Assembly: GCA_043818685.1 (NCBI GenBank)
Contig: JBDRFQ010000362.1
Coordinates: 1-45,791, forward strand
Direction of reading: 5' to 3'
Length of the DNA: 45,791 nt
Source of the DNA: Candidatus Eiseniibacteriota bacterium
GTDB lineage: Bacteria > Orphanbacterota > Orphanbacteria > Orphanbacterales > Orphanbacteraceae
The position numbers and the translations under genes were made by a program. Of this stretch, positions 1 through 12,982 are shown piece by piece (position 1 is the stretch's first letter; the number at the start of each line of letters is the position of its first letter). The notes beneath the pieces were generated by a model. That model saw only the letters and a list, made by a program, of their open reading frames with translations. It was not told the origin of the DNA and searched no databases.

Positions 1-70
1 CCGATTCCCCCTGGTGCGCCCGCCTCGAGGAGAGGCTCGGCGTCCCGCGGGGGAGGGCGGGGGGAGGGTC

Positions 71-667
71 ATGAGCGGCGGCGTCGTGATCTTCGGGGGG
101 TCGTTCGACCCGATTCACGTCGGCCATCTCGTCCTGGCGGAGTGCGCGGCGGACGAGCTCGACGCCGGCGCGGTGCTCTTCGTCCCCGCGGCCCGCCCGC
201 CGCACAAGCGGGCGGATGCCCTCTCGAGCGCGGAGGACCGGGCAGAGATGGTGCGCCTCGCGATCGAGAAGAACGACCGCTTCAGGCTCTCGCGCGTCGA
301 GATCGAGCGGGAGGGGCGGTCCTTCGCGATCGACACGATCCGCGAGATCGCCCGCTCGAGCGGGTGCGGCCGCCCGTTCTACTTCATCGGCGCGGACGGC
401 CTCGTCGATCTCCCCGGCTGGAAGAGCCCGGAGGCGGTTCTCGAGGAGGCGGAGGTCGTTGTGGCGCCCCGCCCGGGGGTCGATCTCGGCGCGGTCTCGG
501 GGCTCGTCGAGCGCGTCCGCCTGATCGAGACGCCCCTGGTGGGGATCTCCTCCACCTACGTTCGGGAGCGCGTGCGGCGCGGCGAGTCGATCCGCTATCT
601 CGTGCCGGAGAGCGTCCGCGCCTACCTCGGCCGGAGGGGGCTCTACCGGGGTGGGGAGGTGAGCTGA
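71..667 (+). CDS. nadD: Nicotinate-nucleotide adenylyltransferase
   Basis: Translation MSGGVVIFGGSFDPIHVGHL carries the (H/T)xGH nucleotidyltransferase motif typical of NadD. GGGGAGGG lies just upstream of the ATG at 71. The longer ORF from 14 is probably an over-extension. Confidence 0.85.
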   Translation: MSGGVVIFGGSFDPIHVGHLVLAECAADELDAGAVLFVPAARPPHKRADALSSAEDRAEMVRLAIEKNDRFRLSRVEIEREGRSFAIDTIREIARSSGCGRPFYFIGADGLVDLPGWKSPEAVLEEAEVVVAPRPGVDLGAVSGLVERVRLIETPLVGISSTYVRERVRRGESIRYLVPESVRAYLGRRGLYRGGEVS

Positions 668-671
668 GCCG

Positions 672-2228
672 ATGGCGCGCGACAAGGCGGTCTTCACGGA
701 GATCATCGTGAACGCGAGCCCCAGCGAGACGAGGGTCGCGATTCTCGAGAACCACACCCTCGTCGAGTTTCTCGCGGAGAGGGCGGACGCGGCCCGGCAG
801 GTCGGCGACATCTTCAAGGGTCGGGTGAACGCGGTTCTCCCCGGCATGCAGGCCGCCTTCATCGATGTCGGGCTGGAGAAGACCGCGTTCCTCCACGTTT
901 CCGACATGGTGATGCCGAATCCGGAAGCGATGGAGACGATCGACGAGGAGGGCGAGCGCGCCGGCCCGGTCACGCGCAGGGTCCCTCGGGGTGTCTCGAT
1001 CGAGGGACTGCTCAAGAAGGGGCAGGAGATCATCGTCCAGGTGACGAAGGAGCCGATCGGGACGAAGGGCCCGCGGGTGACCACGCAGGTCTCGCTCGCC
1101 GGCCGCTTCCTCGTTCTCATGCCCGGCATCCCCCAGGTCGGCGTCTCGAGGAAGATCGAGAGCCGCGAGGAGCGGATCCGGCTCCGTGAGCTCGTCCACG
1201 GCGTCCTCCCCTCCGGCATGGGGGCGATCGTGCGGACGGTCGCGGAAGGCAAGCAGAAGCGCCAGTTCGCCTCCGATGTCCGATACCTCACCCGGCTCTG
1301 GAAGAAGATCCAGGAGGCACACGGGCGGATGCCCTGCCCTTCTCTCCTCCACAAGGAGGTGGGGCTCACCACCGGGCTCATCCGGGATCTGTTCAGCGAG
1401 GACGTGGACCGTCTGATCATCGACTCGAGGAAGGAGCACAAGCAGATCCTCACCTACCTGCAGTCGACGGCGCCGGAGCTCAGGGATCGCGTTCGCCTCT
1501 ACAAGGAAGAGACGCCGATTTTTGATGCCTATGAGATCGAGAACGAAATTACAAAGACCCTCTCATCGAAGATCTGGCTGAGGCAGGGAGGGTACATCGT
1601 CCTCGAACAGGCCGAGGCGCTCGTCGCCATCGACGTGAACACGGGCCGCTACACCGGTGAGAAGGACCAGGAGGAGACGATTTTTCGCACGAACCTCGAG
1701 GCGGCGAAGGAGATCGCCCGCCAGCTCCGGCTCCGCGACGTCGGCGGGATCATCGTGATCGACTTCATCGACATGGAGAAGGAGGCGAACCGGGAGAAGA
1801 TTCTCGAGGCGCTTCGGGAGGCGCTCCGGAGGGACCGCTCCCGCACCAAGACGTTCCGCGTGAGCGAGCTCGGGCTCGTCGAGATGACGAGGCAGCGGGT
1901 CCGCCCGAGCCTGCTTCACTATTTCAGCGCTCCCTGCCCGCACTGCGGGGGGACGGGGAAGCGGCTCTCGCTCGCGACGCTGGCGGGGAAGGTGGAGAGG
2001 CTCCTCGAGCGGGTCTCCAGCTACTGCGACGAGCGGAAGGTCGTGGTGAAGCTGAACCCGGAGGTCGCGGTCGCCTTCCTCGAGGGGAGCGCGGGGAGGC
2101 TCGAGGCGATCGAGAAGCGGTACCGGCTCGGCGTGGAGGTGCAGGACGACCCGAGCCTCGCGCGCGAGGAGGTTCGGATCTTCGGCCGCCGGAGCGGAAA
2201 GGAGCTGACCGACGAGGTCGTGTTCTGA
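672..2228 (+). CDS. rng: Ribonuclease G/E family endoribonuclease (518 aa, RNase G size)
   Basis: N-terminal S1-like segment followed by an RNase E/G catalytic-core-like sequence (LVAIDVNTGRY, GGIIVIDFIDM, RVSELGLVEMTRQR) and a CPxCxGxG zinc-link-like motif. Confidence 0.85.
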   Translation: MARDKAVFTEIIVNASPSETRVAILENHTLVEFLAERADAARQVGDIFKGRVNAVLPGMQAAFIDVGLEKTAFLHVSDMVMPNPEAMETIDEEGERAGPVTRRVPRGVSIEGLLKKGQEIIVQVTKEPIGTKGPRVTTQVSLAGRFLVLMPGIPQVGVSRKIESREERIRLRELVHGVLPSGMGAIVRTVAEGKQKRQFASDVRYLTRLWKKIQEAHGRMPCPSLLHKEVGLTTGLIRDLFSEDVDRLIIDSRKEHKQILTYLQSTAPELRDRVRLYKEETPIFDAYEIENEITKTLSSKIWLRQGGYIVLEQAEALVAIDVNTGRYTGEKDQEETIFRTNLEAAKEIARQLRLRDVGGIIVIDFIDMEKEANREKILEALREALRRDRSRTKTFRVSELGLVEMTRQRVRPSLLHYFSAPCPHCGGTGKRLSLATLAGKVERLLERVSSYCDERKVVVKLNPEVAVAFLEGSAGRLEAIEKRYRLGVEVQDDPSLAREEVRIFGRRSGKELTDEVVF

Positions 2229-2483
2229 TGTCGTGTCCCAGGAGTACCTTGTCAATCCGGGCGTGTCATCGTGGGCCCCGGCAAGGCGCGAGGGCGAGTG
2301 CGTGTCAAATCGATGCGCGGAGGAGGGGCAGCAGAGCCGGGGGCCGCGAGGGGCGGCAAGAGGGGAAGGTGTTCCCGGGACACGACACGAGCCCGGATCC
2401 TGCCGGTCGGGTCTCGTCGGAAGAACGCCTGCCGGCCCGTTCAGGACCCGGGGTGCGGCGGAGCGTCCTCCTCTATCTCCCCC

Positions 2484-2513
2484 TTGACAGCAGGCGCCCT
2501 CCAATGTTATAAA
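2484..2513 (+). promoter_or_regulatory. Sigma-70-type promoter upstream of rplU (TTGACA-N18-TATAAA)
   Basis: TTGACA at 2484-2489 and TATAAA at 2508-2513. It lies ~90 nt upstream of the rplU TTG start, in an intergenic position. Confidence 0.5.
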
Positions 2514-2600
2514 ACACTGGGTTCCTTTTTGCCCTGGATGCGCGGGGTTCCGATCGTGACGCAGGGCCGCCGGTTCGGGCGGTTGAAAGGGGAACGACAC

Positions 2601-2915
2601 TTGTTCGCAATCGTCGAGAGCGGCGGCTTCCAGTTTCGCGCGCAGCCGGGGGGCGTGATCGACGTTCCCCGAATCCGGGCCGAGGTCGGAGAGAAGGTCC
2701 GCCTCCCCCGGGTGCTCTTCCTCGAGGGGGAGGACGGCTCACGCGTGGTCGGGAACCCGACCGTCGAGGGCGCGAGCGCCGAGGCGGAGGTTCTCGCTCA
2801 TGGGAAGGGCGAGAAGGTCCTTGTCCAGAAGTTCAAGCGCCGCAAGGGATACCGCAGGCTGCTCGGCCAGAGGGCCTGCTACACGAGAATCCGGGTCCTC
2901 TCGGTCGAGAGGTAG
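2601..2915 (+). CDS. rplU: 50S ribosomal protein L21
   Basis: [16 protein letters not shown]...[18 protein letters not shown] is classic L21. TTG start at 2601 is preceded by AAAGGGGAA. The upstream part of the 214-aa ORF is non-coding. Confidence 0.9.
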   Translation: MFAIVESGGFQFRAQPGGVIDVPRIRAEVGEKVRLPRVLFLEGEDGSRVVGNPTVEGASAEAEVLAHGKGEKVLVQKFKRRKGYRRLLGQRACYTRIRVLSVER

Positions 2916-2983
2916 GAAGCAAGACCCTTCGGCCTGGATCCGCGAAGGCAGCGGATCGGTTAGGGGGGGCGGGAGACGTCGAC

Positions 2984-3250
2984 ATGGCTCACAAGAAAGG
3001 CGTGGGGAGCTCCAGGAACGGGCGCGAGAGCCAGGCGAAGAGGCTCGGCGTGAAGCGTTTCGGGGGCCAGCGCGTCCTCGCGGGGGAGATTCTGGTCCGG
3101 CAGCGCGGAACGCGCGTCTATCCGGGGAGGAACGTCGGCCGCGGGGGGGACGACACGCTGTTCGCGAAGATCGGCGGCATCGTCGAGTTCGTCCGAAAGG
3201 GGCGCGACCGGAAGGTTGTGAACGTTCTCGTACCGCAGCCTTCCGAGTAG
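2984..3250 (+). CDS. rpmA: 50S ribosomal protein L27
   Basis: [29 protein letters not shown] is the conserved L27 N-terminus. Confidence 0.95.
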   Translation: MAHKKGVGSSRNGRESQAKRLGVKRFGGQRVLAGEILVRQRGTRVYPGRNVGRGGDDTLFAKIGGIVEFVRKGRDRKVVNVLVPQPSE

Positions 3251-3301
3251 GGGAGGGATGACCCGACCGCCCGGCCCTAGACCCGCTGCGGCTCCATCTT
3301 C

Positions 3302-3333
3302 GAGGGGGGATTCGTATCCCCTCTCTTGCTTTT
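3302..3333 (+). terminator. Candidate intrinsic terminator after rpmA
   Basis: Hairpin GAGGGGGGAT-tcgt-ATCCCCTC (two bulged G) followed by TTGCTTTT. Confidence 0.4.
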
Positions 3334-3337
3334 GGGG

Positions 3338-6592
<3,255 letters not shown>

Positions 6593-6596
<4 letters not shown>

Positions 6597-7627
6597 AGGC
6601 GAGGCCGGAAGAGGAGGGGGGGTTCGCGGTCGAGCGCGCGCGCGCCGTCTTTCGCAGGGAGGCCGAGGCGATCCGGGAGCTCGAGGAGAGCGTGGGGCCC
6701 TCCTTTGCGCGCGCGGTGGAGATGATCCGTCGGGCGATCGTCCGTCCCGAGGACCCCGCGGGCACCCGGCTCGGGAAGATCGTGGTCACCGGGGTCGGGA
6801 AGTCGGGCCTCGTGGCGCGGAAGATCGCGGCGACCTTCAACTCGACCGGCGCCACCGCCTTCTTTCTCCATCCGGTGGAGGCGGTCCACGGGGACCTCGG
6901 GGTGATCGAGCCGGAGGACGTGGTGATCATGGTCTCCCGTTCCGGAGCGAACGAGGAGCTGAAGAGGCTCCTTCCCTCGCTTCGGCTTCTCGGGGTGGGG
7001 ATGATCCTGATCACGGCGAAGGCGGACTCGGAGCTCGGCGGGGAGGCGGACGAGGTCCTCCTCATCGGCGACGGGCCGGAGGCGTGCAGCCTGAACCTGG
7101 CGCCGACCGCGAGCGCGGTGGCGAGCATCGCGATGGGGGACGCCCTCGCGGTCACGCTCTTCGACCTTCGAGGTCTCAAAAGTGAAGACTTCGCGCGTTT
7201 CCACCCGAGCGGAGCGCTGGGGAGGAGGCTGCTCCTCCGAGTCGGCGACATCATGCACAAGGGAGAGGCGATCCCGCTCGTTACCGAAGAGGCGAGCATG
7301 AAGGAGGTCCTCCTCGAGATCGTCGAGAAGCGGCTCGGGGCGACCGGGGTCGTGGATTCCGCGGGCGTTCTCCGCGGGATCGTGACCGACGGCGATCTCA
7401 AGCGAATCCTCCTCAGGAAGCCGGACATCTTCTCGCTCAGGGTCGGCGACGTGATGACGCGCGGCCCGAGAACGATCGGGCCGGATGCGCTCGTGGCCGA
7501 CGCGCTCCGGCTCATGCACACGGATCCCAAGGGGATCATCTCCTGCCTTCTGGTGGTGGACGGCTCGCTGAAGCCATTGGGCTTTTTGCACATGTACGAT
7601 TGCCTCCGAGCCGGCGTGGCCGAGTAG
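6593..7627 (+). CDS. kdsD: Arabinose-5-phosphate isomerase (KpsF/GutQ family, SIS plus tandem CBS)
   Basis: SIS segment VVTGVGKSGLVARKIAATFNSTG, then two CBS-like repeats. The ATG overlaps the kdsA stop (ATGA). Confidence 0.85.
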
Positions 7628-7634
7628 CCCTCTT

Positions 7635-7649
7635 TGGCACAACCCTTGC
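7635..7649 (+). promoter_or_regulatory. Sigma-54 (-24/-12) promoter core TGGCAC-N5-TTGC
   Basis: TTGGCACAACCCTTGCT matches the consensus YTGGCACG-N4-TTGCW at all ten fixed core positions. It is intergenic and correctly oriented upstream of the lpxL-like gene and the operon that includes rpoN. Confidence 0.55.
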
Positions 7650-7679
7650 TTGACAGCCGGTCTTCCCTTCGTCTATGTT
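7650..7679 (+). promoter_or_regulatory. Sigma-70-type promoter TTGACA-N18-TATGTT abutting the sigma-54 -12 element
   Basis: TTGACA at 7650-7655 directly abuts the TTGC of the sigma-54 core. TATGTT lies at 7674-7679. Confidence 0.4.
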
Positions 7680-7730
7680 GACCTCGGGCGAGAAACGGAC
7701 CCGAGCGTCCGGTACAAGAGGGGAAGAGGC

Positions 7731-8630
7731 GTGAACGCGGCATCCGGGATGGGATGGAAGAAGGCGATCGCGTTCGAGGCGATCCGGGCTGCGATGGGCG
7801 TGGGGGGGATTCTCCCGCGCGCGTTGGGGATGCGCGTGTTCGAAACGGGCGGCAGCCTGGTGCACCTGATGGAGAGGCGGGGGAGGGAGAGGGCGCGGCG
7901 GAACCTGGGAAGCGTGTACGGTGGTGGGGAGGGGGCGGAGCGGATGGCGCGGCGTGTCTACCGCGACCTCGGACGGAACGCGGTGGACCTTGCGCGGCTG
8001 GAGAGGCTGGGACGCCGTGATCTCGAGGCGCTCGTGGAGGTCTCGGGCTACGAAAACCTCGAGCGCTCGATGGCGGCTGGGCGCGGGGTGATCGGGATCA
8101 CGGGGCACCTCGGGAATTGGGAGCTGATGGCGGCCTACCTGGGGCGCAAGGAGATTCCTCTGACCGCCCTCGCCACGCGGCTCTTCGATCCGCGGCTGGA
8201 CGAGTGGCTCGCCCGCATGCGGTCGCGGCACGGCGTCGGGTCGATCCTCCGGGGGGAAGCGGGGTGGGTCCGCCGCGTGGTGCGGGTGCTTCGCGAGGGC
8301 GAGATGCTCGGTATCCTCATGGACCTTCGCTGCCGCCGGGAGGGGATCGTCACCAACTTCCTCGGCCGGCCCGCGCGGACCTTCGTGGGCCCCGTGCGGC
8401 TCGCCGCGCGGACCGGGGCGATCATCGTTCCGATGGGATGCTGGATGGTCGAGGGCGGACGATACCGGATCGCGATCGAGCGGCCGATCGAGCCGGCGGC
8501 GCACTCGGCGGTCCCGAGCGCCCTGGAGGAGAACACGAGGGAATGCGTGCGCGTCCTCGAGTCTTTCATCCGCGCCGCGCCGACCCAGTGGGTCTGGATG
8601 CACGACCGATGGGCTCCGGACGCGGTCTGA
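7731..8630 (+). CDS. Lipid A biosynthesis (Kdo)2-lipid IVA acyltransferase family (LpxL/HtrB-like)
   Basis: ITGHLGNWELMAAYL (HxxxxE/D acyltransferase motif) and overall LpxL-family layout. Start is uncertain: GTG 7731 after GGGGAAGAGG, or ATG 7749. The TTG at 7650 is unlikely because promoters sit there. Confidence 0.7.
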   Translation: MNAASGMGWKKAIAFEAIRAAMGVGGILPRALGMRVFETGGSLVHLMERRGRERARRNLGSVYGGGEGAERMARRVYRDLGRNAVDLARLERLGRRDLEALVEVSGYENLERSMAAGRGVIGITGHLGNWELMAAYLGRKEIPLTALATRLFDPRLDEWLARMRSRHGVGSILRGEAGWVRRVVRVLREGEMLGILMDLRCRREGIVTNFLGRPARTFVGPVRLAARTGAIIVPMGCWMVEGGRYRIAIERPIEPAAHSAVPSALEENTRECVRVLESFIRAAPTQWVWMHDRWAPDAV

Positions 8631-9160
8631 GGGCGCTCCTCGCAGGCACGCTCCTCCTCGGGGCGGCCTGCGGCGAGAGGGGTCTCGACCGGCCCGAGGG
8701 GGGCAATCCCGATCCCCTGCCCACTCAGGAGACCCGGGTGAGGAGCTGGGTCGAGTACCGGGAGAACAAGAAGAGCTGGGTCTTCCGGGGGGACGTCGTC
8801 CGGCTGTTCGAGGAGCCGAAAAGGGTTGAGTCGGAGGGAGTTGTGGTCGATTTCTATGATGGGGAGGAGAAGTACCTCTCCACCCTCACCGCGGAGCGCG
8901 GCACGATCGACCGGAAGACGACCGACATGGAGGCGCGAGGGAACGTCATCGTCACGAACCGGGACGGTGCCCGGCTCGAAACCGACTGGATCCGCTGGAA
9001 CAACAAGGAAGAGATCATCCACACGGAGGCCTTCGTGACGCTCGTGGAGGGGAGGAAGCGGATCACCGGGTACGGACTCAGAACCGATCCGGGCCTGGAG
9101 AACGCCGTGATCGAGCGCGATGTGGTCGCTTTCACCCTCGAGAAGCCCGATGAACGCTGA
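8609..9160 (+). CDS. lptC: LptC-like periplasmic/lipoprotein LPS export component
   Basis: Signal/lipobox-like N-terminus (LLLGAAC), small beta-rich OstA-like sequence, and a position immediately upstream of lptB with an 11-nt overlap. Confidence 0.5.
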   Translation: MGSGRGLRALLAGTLLLGAACGERGLDRPEGGNPDPLPTQETRVRSWVEYRENKKSWVFRGDVVRLFEEPKRVESEGVVVDFYDGEEKYLSTLTAERGTIDRKTTDMEARGNVIVTNRDGARLETDWIRWNNKEEIIHTEAFVTLVEGRKRITGYGLRTDPGLENAVIERDVVAFTLEKPDER

Positions 9161-9902
9161 GGCTCGCGGAGGGAAGGCGTGGGCGAGGCTCCGGACCGAG
9201 GGGCTCGTCAAGGAGTACCGCGGCCGGCGCGTGGTCGCCGGCGTCTCGATCGAGGTCGGGCGCGGCGAGGTTGTCGGGCTCCTCGGCCCGAACGGCGCGG
9301 GAAAGACGACGACGTTCTACATGATCGTCGGGATGATCCGTCCGAACGCGGGGCGGATCTACCTCGACGAGGTGGACGTGACGTCCCAGCCGATGTACCA
9401 GAGGGCGCGAATGGGGATCGGCTACCTGTCGCAAGAATCGTCGATCTTTCGAAAGTTGACCGTCGAGGAGAACCTCCTCGCGATCCTCGAGACCCTCCCC
9501 CTGTCGAAGAGCGAGAGGAGGGGAAGGGCGGAGAGGCTGATGGAGGAGCTCGGGATCTCCGCCCTCGCCCGCTCGAAGGCGTACACCCTGTCGGGCGGGG
9601 AGAGGCGGCGCGCCGAGATCAGCCGCGCGCTGACCACCGAGCCGGCCTTCCTGCTCCTCGACGAGCCGTTCGCGGGAATCGACCCGATCGCGGTTGAGGA
9701 CGTTCAGGAGATCGTGGCGAGCCTGAGGGACCGGGGTCTCGGCGTCCTGATCACGGATCACAACGTGCGGGAGACCCTCTCGATCACGAACCGCGCGTAC
9801 ATTCTCAACGAGGGGAGGGTCCTCCTCGCCGGCAGCGCGAAGGAGCTTGCCGAGAACCCCGAGGCGCGAGAGATCTACCTCGGGGAGAGATTCAGCCTGT
9901 AG
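9150..9902 (+). CDS. lptB: LPS export ABC transporter ATP-binding protein
   Basis: Walker [10 protein letters not shown], signature LSGGERRR, Walker [13 protein letters not shown], and the conserved position before rpoN. Confidence 0.9.
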   Translation: MNAEARGGKAWARLRTEGLVKEYRGRRVVAGVSIEVGRGEVVGLLGPNGAGKTTTFYMIVGMIRPNAGRIYLDEVDVTSQPMYQRARMGIGYLSQESSIFRKLTVEENLLAILETLPLSKSERRGRAERLMEELGISALARSKAYTLSGGERRRAEISRALTTEPAFLLLDEPFAGIDPIAVEDVQEIVASLRDRGLGVLITDHNVRETLSITNRAYILNEGRVLLAGSAKELAENPEAREIYLGERFSL

Positions 9903-9919
9903 GGAGAGGGGAACGAGTC

Positions 9920-11374
9920 ATGGAGATGAAAGCGGGTCTCCAGCTTCGCATGCTGCAGACGCAGAGGCTCGTCATGACCCCCCAGCTCCAGCAGGCGCTC
10001 CGCCTCCTGCAGATGCCCACTCTCGAGCTCCAGCTCGTGTTGAAGCAGGAGCTCCTGCAAAACCCGCTTCTCGAAGAGGTGGAAGACCTCGTCGAGGACG
10101 GGGAGGAGGAGGAGACCCCGCGGGCATCCGACTCGGCGGAGGACGGAGAGAAGAGCCAGGACGGCGAGGCGGAGGAGGGGAAGGACGGTCGCGAGCAGAT
10201 CGACTGGGACGAGTACTTCCACAATCCGCAGGAGTACAGCTACTTCCGCCGGAACGAGGGGGAGGTGAGCGACGAGTACTTCGAGCGGGTTCCCTCCACG
10301 ACGGTCCGCCTCTCCGAGCATCTCCTCTCGCAGCTTCGGATGGGGACGAAGGACGAGGTGCTCCTTCGCATCGGCGAGTTCCTCGTGGGGAGTCTCGACG
10401 AGCGGGGCTTCCTCACAATGACCGCGGAACAGGTGGCGGAGAGCGTCGGCGCGCCCCGGGAGCGCGTCGAGGAGGCGATCCGCCTGCTCCAGACCTTCGA
10501 TCCGCCGGGCGTGGGGGCGGGGGATCTCCGGGAGTGTCTTCTCCTTCAGCTCCGGCAGCTCGGCAAGGAGGAAACGCTCGCGTGCCGGATCGTCGAGGAG
10601 CACTTCCAGGACCTCGTGCAGAACAAGTACCTCGAGCTCGCGAAACGGCTGAAGACGACGCCCCGGGAGATCCAGAACGCGGCGGCCGAGATCGGCAAGC
10701 TGAACCCGAGGCCCGGCCTTCTCTTCTCGGACGAAGAGCCGCGCTACATCGTGCCGGATCTCGTGGTCGAGAGGGTGGACGACGAGTACGTCGTCTCCCT
10801 GAACGACCTCAATGTCCCCAGGCTCCGCATCTCGCGGGCCTACGAGAACATGCTCGTCTCGAGCGGGGGAGCGGCCGAGGGAGAGGCGCGGGAGTTCATC
10901 CGGGAGAAGCTGACCGCGGCGAACCAGCTGATCAACACGATCGAGCGGCGGCGCCGCACGATGATCAAGGTGATGAAGGCGATCGTCGAGCATCAGCGAG
11001 AGTTCTTCGACCGGGGGATCCGGTTCCTGAAACCGCTCACGCTGCAGCAGGTCGCCGAGCAGATCGGCGTTCACGAGTCGACCGTGAGCCGGGTCACCTC
11101 GAGCAAGTACGTGCAAACCCCGCGCGGGGTCTTCGAGCTCAAGTTCTACTTCTCTTCGAGCATTCGGTCCGACTCCGGCGAGGACGCCTCCGCGAAGCGC
11201 GTGAAGGACCGCGTTCGCGAGCTTGTGGAGAACGAGGATCGGAAGAACCCCCTCAGCGACCAGAAGATCGTCAAGGAGCTGAAAAAGGAGGGCATACTGA
11301 TCGCCCGCAGGACCGTGGCGAAGTACAGGGAGCAGATGGACATTCTCGCCGCACGCTATCGCAAGGAGTTCTGA
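9920..11374 (+). CDS. rpoN: RNA polymerase sigma-54 factor
   Basis: N-terminal Q/L-rich region I (LQLRMLQTQRLVMTPQLQQALRLLQMP), an acidic region II, and an RpoN-box-like ARRTVAKYRE at the C-terminus. Confidence 0.95.
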   Translation: MEMKAGLQLRMLQTQRLVMTPQLQQALRLLQMPTLELQLVLKQELLQNPLLEEVEDLVEDGEEEETPRASDSAEDGEKSQDGEAEEGKDGREQIDWDEYFHNPQEYSYFRRNEGEVSDEYFERVPSTTVRLSEHLLSQLRMGTKDEVLLRIGEFLVGSLDERGFLTMTAEQVAESVGAPRERVEEAIRLLQTFDPPGVGAGDLRECLLLQLRQLGKEETLACRIVEEHFQDLVQNKYLELAKRLKTTPREIQNAAAEIGKLNPRPGLLFSDEEPRYIVPDLVVERVDDEYVVSLNDLNVPRLRISRAYENMLVSSGGAAEGEAREFIREKLTAANQLINTIERRRRTMIKVMKAIVEHQREFFDRGIRFLKPLTLQQVAEQIGVHESTVSRVTSSKYVQTPRGVFELKFYFSSSIRSDSGEDASAKRVKDRVRELVENEDRKNPLSDQKIVKELKKEGILIARRTVAKYREQMDILAARYRKEF

Positions 11375-11403
11375 CCGGGGAGGAAAGGGAAAGGAGAGCG
11401 GTG

Positions 11404-11940
11404 ATGCAGGTCTCGATCACGGCGCGCCATTTCGACCTGACGGAGGGGCTGCGGAAGCACGCAGAGGAGAAGCTGACGCGACTCGCCAGGTACGGCTTGC
11501 CCCTTCGCGAGGCCCACGTGGTGCTCGTCGTGGAGAAGCACCGCCACAAGGCGGAGGTGACCCTGCACGGGACCGGGTTCCGCCTGACCGGCGCTTCGGA
11601 ATCGGACGACATGTACTCGTCGGTCGATCAGGTCGCGCAGAAGTTGGAGTCGCAGGTTCGGAGGCACAAGGGAAAGGTGCTGAGCCGGAAGCAGAAGGAG
11701 AGACGCGACTCGGGCGCGCGGGTCCAGGTGGTCAGCTCGAAGAGCGTCGGAAAGGGAGAGGAGAGCCTGCGCGTCGTCGGTTCGAGCGAGGAGCCCGCTC
11801 CCGACCTGACCGTCGAGGAGGCGATTCTCCGCCTCGAGGAGGGGGACGAGGACTACCTGCTCTTCATGAACCCCGTTTCGGAGAGGCTGACGGTCGTCCT
11901 CCGGCGCAAGGACGGCGACTACGGCGTGATCGAGGTCTAG
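11404..11940 (+). CDS. hpf: Ribosome hibernation promoting factor (long HPF)
   Basis: MQVSITARHFDLTEGLRKHAEEKL matches the S30AE/HPF N-domain. The C-terminal dimerisation-domain-like tail (LLFMNPVSERLTVVLRRKDGDYGVIE) is also present. Confidence 0.9.
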   Translation: MQVSITARHFDLTEGLRKHAEEKLTRLARYGLPLREAHVVLVVEKHRHKAEVTLHGTGFRLTGASESDDMYSSVDQVAQKLESQVRRHKGKVLSRKQKERRDSGARVQVVSSKSVGKGEESLRVVGSSEEPAPDLTVEEAILRLEEGDEDYLLFMNPVSERLTVVLRRKDGDYGVIEV

Positions 11941-11986
11941 CGGGTACCCGAAGCGGACGCGGGCGGTTCGCCGAGGGGGAGTTCGG

Positions 11987-12931
11987 ATGCGGGGGATTTC
12001 GGTTCAGCGCTTCTTCGAGGAGAAGAGGGACGAGTACCAGCTCGATGCTCTCACCGAGAGCCTCTCCTCGGCGAGGCCGATCACGGTGAGCGACGTGAAC
12101 CGGCCGGGACTCGCTCTCGCCGGCTTCACGAAGAACTTCCTCGCCGACCGGATTCAGATCCTCGGCGAGACCGAGATGCTCTTTCTCGAAACGCTCGAGG
12201 AGAGGGAGCGGCTGCGCGCGATCGACCGGCTCTTTGATCACGATCTTCCCTGCGTGGTCGTGGCGAAGGGGCTCGAGTTCCCGCGCTATCTCATCGACCG
12301 CGGGAAGCGCGCGGGGGTGCCGGTCCTGAGGACCCCCCTCTCGACGACCCCCTTCATCCACCAGCTGACCGAGTATCTCGAGGGCGTCTTCGCCCCGCGG
12401 ACCCACATTCACGGTAGCCTCGTCGACGCGTACGGCGTGGGTCTTCTCATCACTGGAGAGAGCGGGATCGGGAAGAGCGAATGCGCGCTCGATCTCGTGG
12501 AGCGCGGTCATCGCCTCGTGGCCGACGACCTGGTGATCGTCACCAGGCGGAGGAGCGAGCTGATGGGAGAGGCGAGCGAGCGCCTTCGCGACCACATGGA
12601 GATCCGCGGCATCGGGATCATCGACGTCTGCCGGATGTTCGGGATCCGCGCGATCACCCGCCGGAAAGAGATCTCGGTGGAGGTCCGGCTGAAGGAGTGG
12701 GGGACCTCCGTCGACTACGACCGGCTCGGGCTCGAGGAGAAGATGACGACGATCCTCGGTCTCAAGATCCCGGTCGTGACGATTCCGATCATCCCGGGGA
12801 AGAACATCACGGTGCTGATCGAGGTCGTTGCGATGAACCACCTTCTCAGGGCGCACGGGATTCGACCGGCGGAGATTCTGAACGACAGCCTCATCGACGC
12901 GATGAAGCGCGAAGACCGAGGGTCCGAATAG
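11987..12931 (+). CDS. hprK: HPr kinase/phosphorylase
   Basis: P-loop GESGIGKSECALDLVERGHRLVADD and MEIRGIGIIDV motifs. Confidence 0.9.
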   Translation: MRGISVQRFFEEKRDEYQLDALTESLSSARPITVSDVNRPGLALAGFTKNFLADRIQILGETEMLFLETLEERERLRAIDRLFDHDLPCVVVAKGLEFPRYLIDRGKRAGVPVLRTPLSTTPFIHQLTEYLEGVFAPRTHIHGSLVDAYGVGLLITGESGIGKSECALDLVERGHRLVADDLVIVTRRRSELMGEASERLRDHMEIRGIGIIDVCRMFGIRAITRRKEISVEVRLKEWGTSVDYDRLGLEEKMTTILGLKIPVVTIPIIPGKNITVLIEVVAMNHLLRAHGIRPAEILNDSLIDAMKREDRGSE

Positions 12932-12982
12932 GGGCGGCGCGGGCCGCGCGGACCGGTTTCCCGGGGGAGTCAGGCTCAAGAG

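Noticed and set aside
11932-11941. The 10-mer GGTCTAGCGG occurs both at the hpf stop and at the truB internal TAG (35173-35182), which might hint at a shared MITE footprint.
   Set aside because: There is no further similarity on either side and no indel in truB. A single-base substitution explains the truB stop more simply.
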